A stretch of DNA of 64,000 bases, taken from positions 4,896,714 to 4,960,713 of the forward strand of contig MU053379.1 of assembly GCA_013239625.1 (NCBI GenBank), given 5' to 3'. The notes below the pieces were generated by a model that saw nothing but the letters and a program-made list of their open reading frames with translations, was not told the DNA's origin and searched no databases. Positions 48,481-59,335 of this stretch are shown one piece after another. Each line of letters starts with the position of its first letter. Position 1 is the first letter of the stretch. A program made the position numbers and the translations under genes. Source of the stretch: Lama guanicoe. Taxonomy: Eukaryota.

Positions 48481-51400
48481 CTGGCAGGGAAGGTGCAGTG
48501 TGAGTGCCGGGCAGCGCCCAGACTCCCCCCCGGCATCGCTGCGCCTGGAGCTGAGGCGGCCTCTGGTGGGAGCACACCCGGCCCTGGGACCTGGTGGTGT
48601 GCAGCCCACCGCGGAGGACAGCGGGGCCGAGGCCTCTGCTTCTGTCCCCTCCCCCGGACCTAAAGCTGACATCAGCCCAGAGGGCGGGACCAGGCACGGT
48701 CAGGGGTGTCACTGACGCCCTCCACCCGGGAGGCCCCCCGGGCTGGAGCTGACCTCACCGCCGACACCTGCTTCTCTGCCCCCCTCGCGAGGGAGGGCTC
48801 GCAGGTGCAGCAAAGCCAGGCCACACTGTGGCCCCTTGTCTCCTCCCCCAGCTGAGGCCGAAGCGGCTTTTTTCTAACGAGAAGCAAGAGCTGCTTGAGA
48901 GGAGAATGTTGTCCTGCTTCGTGTTTGAAATTCAGCGTTTAACATTTTCTAACAACCACAGCCGCCCAACATCAAGGCAGTACGTTAAAAACCGAGTTTG
49001 GGCCCCTAACTGTGAATGAGTCCAGTTCACCTCTAGGGGGTTCAGGGGACACTGGTCACCAGACCGACAGTTTGACCTCGTGTGGCACCAAGTGAGGCTG
49101 GGCCGTCCTGCCTCAGGCCAGGCTCCCAGCCGAGGAAGGTAGTGGGTCGGTGTTAAAGGAAAGAGTGAAAAGCCAGTGGGACTGAAAACGGTCCAGCTCC
49201 TCCCCAGAACCAGCCCCAACACAGGCACCCGTCAGGGCTGGTGGTGTCTCTCTCACAGCAACCAAATCCCGCTCAGAAAAGCGGTGGGCGCTGGGGAACT
49301 CTAGCCCTGTCCCAGGCCTGTTTGTGATGTCCACTTCTCTGCAGTGACCAGCCTGCTCCCGAAACCAGCCTCATATGCTCAGCTCTCCCCACACAGGTGG
49401 CCATGTCTCCATCCCCCGAGGATGCAGGGCCCACCATCCTCACCTACCTCCTGGGAGTTCTGGGGCGAACAAGAGGGGCCATCGGCTCTGGGAAGCAAGG
49501 GGGAGGCTTAAAAGCAGCAGTGCTATGGCCCCGAGGCAAGTCCACTCACCAGAATCTGATCGGGCACCGCGTACTTGGCAATCTTGGTGGCCACCGCGGA
49601 CCGGAGCTCATTCATCACCGCGTCTGCATCACCCGCGTCCTCTTTCAGCACGATGAAGGCAAACGCGGCTGGAAGGAGAGCAAAGGTGTAGGATGCGCTA
49701 GACCATGAATAAACCCAAAGTGTGTCCCCAGTGAGGACCCCTTACTCTGGGCCCCCTGCCCATCACTGCGCAGTAGGAACCACGGGGCGGCCACGGAGCC
49801 GCTCCAGGACACCCGCCCTCTGCCAACGCGGCGGCTGCAGAGCTGGCCCAGGCGCTGTGATGGAGCGCGGGCGAGGGGACGCATGACAGAGCAGGGCACC
49901 TCATACAGGCCATCCCTGATAGGGCCGCCAGAGCCCATGGACAGGGAGGAGGCTCCCCGAGCTCAGCTGGGCCGACGTGACAGCTGTGTGTGGGTGAGCG
50001 TCCTTAAAGGACAGTGGAGCTGGGGCCTCTCAGAGCCCTGACTTCCTTCTGACATGCGACGCCTGCTCTTCAGCCACCCACCCGAATTCTCCACTCAGAC
50101 AGACGGGAACCCAGCCAGACCTACAAGTCTGTGCCTCGCGGAGGACCCCTGGTGGGCGTGAGCCCAGGACCGGGGGGTCCTCTCATGGGGGACACCCACC
50201 TTCTCCCTTGATGTCATGGGGGTAGCCGATGACGGCCGTCTCCGGCACCGCAGGGTGGTCAGCCTGTGCACGGGAGGACGAGACAACAGAGGTGAAACCC
50301 CAACTGGGCACTCAATGACCACCCCACACCTCAGCACCCAGCAGCCAGCCCGGGGAGCCACACTCACCAGAGCGTCCTCGATCTCGGCCGTCCCCACCCG
50401 GTGGCCACTGATATTGATCACGTCGTCCATCCGCCCTGTGATCTGGTAGTAGCCTTCCGGGGTCCGGTAGGCGCCATCCCCGGTGAAGTAGTAGCCTGCA
50501 GCATAGCGGGGGTCTCGGCGCCAGCTCCGACCCAGGCCCGCGGGGCTCCCAGTGCCCCACGGAAGGACGCGCTCCTGCCCCGCTGGCCTCCTCGCGACCC
50601 CACAGAGACCCTTCTCAGATGCCACAGGGCTGGTGCCGGTAAAGGGCAGAGAGGCCCAACAGCCAGAGGCGGCCGGCTGTGGGAGCAGGTGACGCGAGGG
50701 GCACAAGTTTCCCTGACAAGTGTGCGCTGAACGTCGTCAGTTCCCACAGGGACACGTGGGCACACACTCCAGCCCGACCGCACGAGCAGCGGGCAGGGAC
50801 TGGAGCCGTGGCTTGTCCCCAGGGTGGCTCCCACCCCTCTCCTGGGAGCCAACGGCTTGCCCCCTCCCAAGGGCCCTCTCAGAGCTAAGGGAAGTAGGGC
50901 GGGTTCACCCACTGCGCTCAGACCTCTGAGCCCGAGTCCAGTGGCGGCGGGAAAGGCTCACCTGGATAAGCCTTGAAGTAGGCGTCCAGGAATCTCTGGT
51001 GGTCTCCGAAGATGGTCCTGGCCATGCCTGGCCAGGCTTGGGAGAGGCACAGAGCCCCAGAGACGTCCCCGCCCTCCACGACATTTCCCTACAGACCCGG
51101 GGGACACAGGACGAAACGACCCTGTCATCATCTCCTAACTGCCAGCTTGACTCAGGCAAAGGACAAGGGCCCAGGAAGGAGCTGCCCGGGGCCTTCTCCT
51201 CCAACCAGAGAAGGGGCAGCGGAGGCTGGGAAGGTGCAGTGGGCTGGGCAGGGCACGAGGAGGGGACTCACCTGCTCATCCATGAGGACAGGGACGATGC
51301 CAAAGAAGGGCCTCATGGCCATGGCGGGTATGATCTCTGCCCCCTCCTCCGAGGGCCGCGGGGAGATGCAGATGCCACCCGTCTCTGTGGGGAGGACGCG

Positions 51401-54400
51401 GGAAAGGCTGCTGGGCCAGGGACCAGTGACACGTTTACACCAACCTGGCCCTCTGGAGGAGGGGCGACTGCCCGTGTTGGGCAAGGAAACAGCCCCCAGG
51501 GACAAAAGGACCTTTGAGGAGAAACCCAGCCCCGGCACTGGCCCCTCCGCCCAGGACAAGCCTTCCGTCCCAGGAGCCTTGGTGCCCACGCCGCCTCCCC
51601 CATCCCACCCGTCCTCCCCGGGGATGCGCTCACCTGTCTGCCACCAGGTGTCCACCACCGTGCACCGTCTGTCCCCCACCACGTCGTACAGCCACTCCCA
51701 GGCCTCCTGGTTGATTGGCTCTCCCACTGAAACCACATACGAGAGAGAAGACATTCAGAGATCTCAACAAAGCTGAAACCAAAAGGGACAGATTGTACAA
51801 GGAAGACAGCTCTGTAATTACCCTAAAATACACAAAAGGAGACTTGAAAGGGCAGTGAGATTATCACATTTACAGCCATCAAAGAACACGAATTACAACG
51901 AGATACTTTCCTCAACAGAGGGTCGAGATCAAGAATGTGGAGCAGGCACCAGTGCAGTCGCTGTCGGGGCCGATTCGGGGGGCGGTGCTGTTTCTCTCCA
52001 GGTTTACAAGTGCACGCAGCTGACACAAGGGCTCTGGACAAGGGCTGGTGGCAGAGTCCACTAGCACTAAGCATGTTTGTCTGTTACTGGAAACGGCACA
52101 CACCCACCACAGGCAGACATGGATGACGATGTCCCCGTGGGCAAAAGCTAACAAACGTCGTGGAGAGCAGGTGAGAAGTGTATCAGGGCACATTTGTGCA
52201 GTGGAAGCCCACACCAGGGAAAAGGGCAGCCACGCTGTGTGGCAGGGCCACTGCCCAAGCGAAGGCAGCACACAAGCCTCAGTCCACGAAGTTCAAGAAC
52301 CAGGAACTCAGTCTGAGCTGAGCAGGTCACAGGGGCCGCAGAGGGGCACGGCTGGGGCACAGGGAGCCTGAGACCAAGAAGGTCCACGGCTCCATCAGGG
52401 GTCATGGTCGTCCTGCACTCACACACACACACACACACGCAGCACCGGCTGACGAGCTGGGAAACAGACAAGGGCCTGAACGCCCAGGGACGTGGCCACG
52501 TGGGCCACACACTCCCTAGCACCCCTCCAGGACGCAGTCAGAGCCGGTGGGAAACTGCACGTCGTCTGTTAGGTCAGCGTCACAGAGGGGCAGCACAGTG
52601 TGACCACAGGCGGAGCTGTGTCTGCCCCCACAGTAGAGCTCGGCTTTCCCGGCCACCTTCTGATTCTGTCTTTTCCCAACAAGAAGGCATCTGTGCACTT
52701 GTGAAATTGAAGTTTAAAATTTTTTCAAGAAACAAAACCTTGGGTATGAGTCTTGAGAGAGCTGGATTCTGCTGACGAGAGAGGCTGCGCAAAGGGGCCG
52801 CCCAGAGCCCGCTGAGCTGTGTGGGCTGGGCAGCGCTGGGGTCGGCCTGAGCCGAAGCGGCCAGGGGCCCAGCCCTGCAAGGCAGGGAGCAGCCCCAGTG
52901 CCCACCCAGCTAACTGGGCCTCACTGGAAGTCACTGGCTCACACACCGTTTACCAGGGACTCACACTGACGGCAACAGCCTGTTTGTGGCCCGTCAAACC
53001 CTCGTCCCGCACCTGCTTTCATCATTAAAGGGAGGAGCGCGGTGGCCAGAAGTAAAGCACGTCTGTTTGAAGATACAGGTGACCGCCGACCTCCCTGGGT
53101 CGCAGAGCTTCCCTCCTTGGGCTCCGCCGTGAGCAGACTCCCTTCCCCGGCACCTGGCCACGCGGACGCGCCGTGTGCGGGCTTACGTCGTTTTGGAAAC
53201 CGTGAAGGAGGCCACCCTGACTTGTTTGATGTGCTGTGTTCTGATAAGACGTGAAACTGCTGAAAACCAGGCTTCTCCAGAGCAGCTCCTCGGAGCTACA
53301 GTCCTCAGTGCGGCTCGAATAAAACTCTCTTCTATTCTGATTACAGGCTGGTTACTGACTGTTTTCGTTGACAATACCCTGGTCTCAGGAAACACCCCCC
53401 CAGGGCTCTGCTGGTGGCGCTACTTACGCAGCAGGAATGCCTCCCAGACCAGCAAAATACACTGAGCCCGGTGAGCCTGTGAGGGCTCCCTGGTGAAGGG
53501 GGGGGTCTCTGGTGAGGGGGTGTCCCTGGTGAGGGGGTTCCCTGGTGAGGGGGTCCCTGGTGAGGGGGTGTCCCTGGTGAGGGGGGTGCCTGGGGAAGGG
53601 GGGATGGTGAGGGGGTCCCTGGTGAAGGGGGTCCCTGGTGAAGGAGGGTCCCTGGTGAGAGGGGGTCCCTGGTGAGGGATGTCCCTGTTGAGGGGTGTCC
53701 CTGGTGAAGGGGTGTCCCTGGTGAGGGGGGCCTCTGGTGAGGGGGGCCCCTGGTGAGGGGGTGTCCCTGGTGAAGGGGTCCCTGGTGAGGGGGGTCCCCG
53801 GTGCACACTGAGTACTGCCTGGTCCAAGAAAGTGGCTCTGGTGGTCATGGCCCTCACAGGGTGAGGACCACAGGCCCCGCCCCTAGTGAGGGGGAGGCGC
53901 TCCTCCCCACCTTCTCCCACGGGACTCAGAGAGTCCCCCTTGTCATCTCAGTCCTGGTTCTTGAGCAACAAAGCCCCTGGGGGAGCCCAGGCCTGGCGCC
54001 TTCCACCTTCTGGGACCAGCTCAACTCAAGGTGGCCCTTCTCACCTTTCCTGTCTGCTTCCATGTGACTTGGCGGCACCCAACAGGATTGCAGGGGGGAG
54101 AACCTTCCATCTCACAACTCCCTCCCTCCCTGGAAACCCCTACAGCGCAAGCAGCACTGAGGGCAGGATGACGATAAGACAGTGCGGGGAACAGCAGGGG
54201 CGGCCTGGCCGGTGAAGTCCCCAGCAGCCCCGGGGAACAGGCTCAGCCTGACCTCCCCGCGCTGGTGAGATTTCCTAAGAAAGATGGAATACGAGCATGT
54301 CCCAGTGCTGAGCCCAACACTTAGAGGCTGCGGGCTCCAGGGAGGAGCCTCCAGGCAGGACACCAGCTTCCTCGTGGCCACAGCCCGGTGTCGAGCGACC

Positions 54401-57400
54401 TTCTGTGACGAGGCCGTCCTGAAGCCCCCACTGGCTCTCAGGGCGTGCACAGCCCTCCTGGCCCGCCGCTCACCTGAGCCCAGGGTCCGCAGGGAGGAGC
54501 GGTCGTACTTCTTCACCCAGGAGTCCCCGTACTTGAGCAGCAGCCGGACGGCCGTGGGGGCGCCGTAGAACTGAGTGATCTTCAGCCTCTGCACCGTCTC
54601 CCAGTACCGACCTGAGGACGCCGGGGTGCCCGGTCAGCCTGAGAGTCCGCAGCGCAGCTCCCAGCCAGGGCCGGCCCACGGGGACGGGGCACCGTGTCAC
54701 AAGACCGACTCCACACCCACTGCGGGCGGGAGGGTGCCCCACGCAGCGCAGCTGCTCCCCACACACCCTGGCCCTGCGCGCTGACCCACGTGCTGACCCT
54801 CGGGACACAGTGGGGACTCACGCCAAAGAGGTGATCCCCCCTCCTCCCTCCTGTGTCCTCACCGGGGTCAGGGTACACTGGAGTGCTCTCAAAAAGGACG
54901 CTGGTGGCTCCATTGCAGAGGGGCCCGTACACCACGTAGCTGTGTCCTGTGATCCAGCCGATGTCGGCCACACAGCCGAAGATGTCGCCTGGACGGTAGT
55001 CAAACACCAGCTGCAGGAACGGGAGGAGGGCAGTCAGGGCCTGTCAGCCCCTTCCCTCGCGTCACAGGATGTTCTGGAGCTCCAGGGCGCAGCCACTCCC
55101 ACAGCCACCAAGAGCAAGACGGGGCACAGTAGTCCCAGCAGGGAAGACGGAGTCCCGGTGCACAGCCCAGCTCGCGCGGACGCCAGCACCAGGAGCCAGG
55201 CCCGGCAGGCACCCTGCGGCAGCCCCGGCACGAAGCCCAGCTGTCTGCTGAGATCGCCAGCCCTGGTCCTGGAGCCTAACAATAATTCACGAAGCCGCAC
55301 GTTGGACTGGGGGGCTTTCCATGTCTGTGTTCCATTTTGCAAGACATTTTCCAATCTTTGGGTAAGTGGCCAGTCTCCGGCTGCCACAGATGAACGCTGA
55401 GGTTCTCCAAGAATTTCCCACAGCACAGCGGTGTCTCGAATCGGCCAGGGCCTTGTGGAGCCGCGACCCGAGGGGGAACAGGCGCCTTCCAGGGACGACA
55501 GCACTGGCACTGCAGCAGTGACGCGGGGTGCCCAGTGTGCGAGCCGGCCGCCTCTGCCTCCCGGCACGTCCTCATCGACGCCGAGCCTGGCTGACCGACC
55601 AGCACCTCCCACCCCTGCAAAGTGACCCCACCCAGGCCGGTGACTTTGCCGGGACCATGGATGCTCCATGTCCAAGCCCTGCTTGGCTGGGCCTGCGCTT
55701 CCCAGTCACCCGTCCAGTCCGCTCCCCCAGCAGCTGGCACCAGCACGGGCTGACTTCTGCCTTTTGCCAGAGAAGGTCTGGTCCAGGAACAGCGTCTTAA
55801 GACCCATTCCCACCTGGGGAGTGTCAGCTACTCCCCAAGGCCACCAAGGGTGCACAGTCAACGAAACACCCACCCCAGCCCGGACGTTGAAGTGAGTGCT
55901 GACTCGCAACTGCATTTGCTGGAGTGAAACCTAGCTCGTCTGCTTTGTGATTCTGACAGGGTGGCCTCCTGCAACAGTCTTCGTGCACTAAGGCTGTCTC
56001 CTCATACAAGCGAATCGGTTTTTAAGTTTTCGTTTCCAAACGGAGCCCCAGTGAGCAGAGCCTAGATGCCCTGAAGTGGCAGACGGCGTTTTAACGTGCA
56101 ACAGGAATGCGCTGGTCCCTGCGCCACGCCTGCCGTGTGGAAGGGGCCCCGTCCCGCAGAGCAGACGTGAGGCCCCACGGGAGACGCAGGGCTGGGGCCC
56201 AGGCCCTGACAGCAAGGACAGAGGCGCTGCCCCGCTCCCCGACCCCGCCCCCACCCCTCCCCTGCGCCGGCGCCTCGTGACCACACAAGGAGCAGCCGCT
56301 CGCGGGAACTGCCCCCCACCCACTCCCCTCCGCCCGCAGCCCCGCGGGGTGCCGGCTGTACCCGGTGCGTCAGGGCGGCATACAGCAGGTAGCCCGCCTG
56401 CGTGTGCACGAGTCCCTTGGGCTTCCCGGTGCTCCCCGAGGTGTACAGCAGGAAGAGTATGTCCTCGCTGCCCATGCTCTCCGGGGCGCACACAGGCTCC
56501 TCCTTGGCCATTGCCTGCAAGGAGAAGAGACAGACAGCCCGTCCGGGGCAGTGACCTCGCCGCCCTCACCAGGAACACCTCTCCCCAGGGCCGCAGGGTG
56601 CGGCAGACCCGGGGCGGACTTCACCTTCTCCAGCCTGCCCAGGTTCCATTCCAAATCAAAGGACTGAGCCGAGCATTTCTGTCACATTAAGTGTTTCTCT
56701 AGGATTGTGGGCACAGAGGGAAGCCCATGAGATACCACAGGGGAGCCCTGGGCACCTCTGCGGGACCCAGACCAAGAGCCGCAATGACAAGACCCAGACC
56801 CCACGGACCCAAGAACTACCTCCTCCCCTCGCGCTGTACGAGTGTGCTAAACCCACCTGCTCGAGGGGGATGTCCAGGTCCCCCATGTGCACCTTGCGGT
56901 CCGTCCTGTGGGCCACCATCACGTGCTGGACGCTCGGGCAGTGCTTCACGGCCTCATCCACGATCCTCTTCAGCTCCAACACGCGCCCGCCCCGCAGCGC
57001 CTGGTTGACTGTGATGACCACCTTGCACTTGGCTGTCAACAAACGCGGGTGTGGCTGACGCTTCCTCCCCAGCGGACTCTCGGGCCCCAGCCGACAGCCA
57101 CACATCCAGGCCCAGGGGTGGACGGAGAAGGTCCACCTCCAGCAAAAGGGGCAACGGGAACAAGTGTGGTTCTGCCTGCCCCGCAACCTTCGTGCTCGGT
57201 GCACAGGTCCCAGCCTCTCCCGGCTCTGGGAGGCGCAACTGGAGAGAAGGCACTGGAAGTTCAGCGCTTTCAGAATTCCACTCCCTCCAGCCTGCCCCAG
57301 GCCCTCCCAGGTGAGGGGCCAGCCAGACCACCGTCCAGCACGCCCCAGCCAGGCACTGCCGGGAGGGCTCGGGGCCGAGTTGGGCAGCTGGACAACTGGC

Positions 57401-59335
57401 CCCTAAGGAAGAGCACGGGACACTTGTCCGGCTGCCGTGCTGCCGCCCACAGCAGCCCTCGGACCTGCGCCGAGCTCTGCACCGAGGGCTGACGCGGAGC
57501 CCCAGTGGGCCAGCTGGGGAACCACCTGCCCCAGCAGCCCTCACCCGACTCCCACCCTCCGGGTCGTCCTCACGCGGGGCCCCGTCTCCTCCCAGAGCTT
57601 TCCCGCAGGTCCGAGCCCTGGGCACCCGCTGCAGACGCTGGCCTGGCTGATTCCCCGCCCGGCCGCACTCCCCACAGCCCACAGTCTCCGCAAGACCCCC
57701 TCCCACGGGGACTGCCTGCACCTGAACTCTCGCCTCGGGGCCGCTGCCAGGGGAGACCCCACCTGAGCCACCCTCTCCCCCAGCTCCCCGTCTGACACGT
57801 GCTTTCTGGAGACACACTCACAGCCTCCTCCTGCCCAGGGCCCTGTGGGCTGCCTGAGAACCCGCCAGCACAGGCCTTCGCCTGGGCTGAAGAGCTACTC
57901 CAACCACCCGGCCGCCAAGGGCAGTGTCCTCAGCCCCGCACGCCAGTCCCCGGCTGCACACACTCTGGGCTCCTCAGACCTTGGCCGTCGGTCGCCCTGG
58001 GGAAACCAGGTCAGGTGGACAGAGCCTGCCCACAACCCTCCAGGCCTACATCCCGGAGCTGCGACTGTCCAGGGAAACGCCTCGTCCGGGAGGAAGGGGG
58101 CGGCCCAGCAGATAGAAAGGGACCCCTCTCCAGGGGATGAGAGACAAGGCTCAGGACGCCCTGGAGAAGTAGCGGCCCTGCCCATCCTGGGGCTGGAGCT
58201 CCAGCCTCCGAGGCACAGGCCTCACCCGGTGCCCACCTGTCTGCGGCCTCCCTGCCCGAGGGCGCCCCTCGGGCGGGAACCTGGGGCCCAGCACGCCCAG
58301 GGACCGGGGGTGCGGGGGAGCAGGGCTCTCTCAGGCCCCAGAGGGACTAAGTCAAAATTAAAGGAATGGCCTCCGCACATTGCTTAGAATGACGCCTGGC
58401 ACGTGGTGGGCGCTACAGAGGGAGAGGGAGTGAGAGGGAAGGGAGTGGCAGCACCCCCTGAAGAAGAGGGGAGACGCTGACAGGGAGCAGAAAGCCCCAG
58501 TCTGCTCTGAAGAGGGTGCTCGGCTGGGGGCTGAGAACTCTGCCCTGAGCTCGGGCGGTCGCCCGAAGGCAGGTCTCCTGTGAGACACGAAGAACTCCCC
58601 AAAGCCCCCAGAACTCGGCCCCCTCCGTGGAGAGCCAGCTCAGAGAACTCTCTAGAATCTCCAGGAGCAGGGGTCAGGCTGCAAGATCTGAAGCCACCGC
58701 TCAGCACTCAGCACTCCGACACCAGGAGGAGCCAGCACGGGTCTGCACACCTGTCCCGGAGGTGGTCCGCCCCTCACTCCTCAGCACAGAAGCCTTCCCA
58801 CGGGTGACCTGGGGGGCCTCCCCGCACCTGCCCAGCCTCGGCGCCCCCTGCCCCGCAGCACACAGCCCCCTCCAGGTCCCCGCATATCTGTGCTCCCCCC
58901 GCCCCTCCGGAACCTACTCCCTCCCCTCCACCTGGGGCCTTCCGGCCTTCTTCGCAAAGCCAAGTCCCACCCACTCAGATGGAAGCTCACATGGCACGGG
59001 CTCACTCAGCCAGTCTGTCCCCGGCGGTGTCTGTCGTGTGTACGTGTGACTGTGAGTAGAGTCTGTGCCACTCGAAGCCCCTCAAGGCCGGGGGGGGCCC
59101 AGGTTTCCCCCGCAATCCCAAAGCCCGCTGCTCACCGTCATTGATCCTGCCCGTCAGAGACACTGCACTGAAGCCAGCAAAGACCACGCTGTGGATGGCT
59201 CCGATCCGAGCACAGGCCAGCATCGCAGCCACGCTCAGCGGGGAGGCGGGCATGTAGATGGCCACGCGGTCCCCTCGGCAGACTCCATGCCTCTTGAGTG
59301 TGTTGGCCAGGCGGCATGTGGTCTCCAGCAGTTCC
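48301..59335 (-). CDS. ACSS1: Acetyl-CoA synthetase short-chain family member 1, mitochondrial (AceCS2); exons 3-14, 5'-partial
   Basis: complement(join(59136..59335,56857..57032,56362..56514,54863..55010,54474..54611,51634..51726,51272..51384,50962..51088,50368..50495,50200..50263,49550..49668,48301..48480)). Contains the AMP-binding motif [49 protein letters not shown] and the PKTRSGK catalytic/acetylated Lys motif. Open frame throughout; synteny with APMAP and CST7 favours ACSS1 over ACSS2. Confidence 0.97.
49550..49668 (-). CDS. ACSS1: ACSS1 exon 13
   Basis: Encodes [39 protein letters not shown]. Confidence 0.95.
50200..50263 (-). CDS. ACSS1: ACSS1 exon 12
   Basis: Encodes [21 protein letters not shown]. 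Confidence 0.94.
50368..50495 (-). CDS. ACSS1: ACSS1 exon 11
   Basis: Encodes [42 protein letters not shown]. Confidence 0.96.
50962..51088 (-). CDS. ACSS1: ACSS1 exon 10
   Basis: Encodes [42 protein letters not shown]. Confidence 0.95.
51272..51384 (-). CDS. ACSS1: ACSS1 exon 9
   Basis: Encodes [37 protein letters not shown]. Confidence 0.95.
51634..51726 (-). CDS. ACSS1: ACSS1 exon 8
   Basis: Encodes [30 protein letters not shown]. Confidence 0.96.
52419..52438. repeat. (CA)n microsatellite
   Basis: About 9 CA units. Confidence 0.8.
53488..53803. repeat. G-rich minisatellite, ~19-20 x ~16 bp, ACSS1 intron 7
   Basis: Unit CCCTGGTGA(A)GGGGG(TG)T with variable G-run. Confidence 0.93.
54474..54611 (-). 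CDS. ACSS1: ACSS1 exon 7
   Basis: Encodes [45 protein letters not shown]. Confidence 0.96.
54863..55010 (-). CDS. ACSS1: ACSS1 exon 6
   Basis: Encodes [49 protein letters not shown]. Confidence 0.96.
56362..56514 (-). CDS. ACSS1: ACSS1 exon 5 (AMP-binding P-loop)
   Basis: Encodes [51 protein letters not shown]. Confidence 0.96.
56857..57032 (-). CDS. ACSS1: ACSS1 exon 4
   Basis: Encodes [58 protein letters not shown]. Confidence 0.95.
59136..59335 (-). CDS. ACSS1: ACSS1 exon 3
   Basis: Encodes [66 protein letters not shown]; AG/GT flanks. Confidence 0.95.

Noticed and set aside
53341-53920. Pro/Gly-rich repetitive ORFs resembling mucin or collagen
   Set aside because: These are translations of the intronic minisatellite, with no supporting splice or start context.
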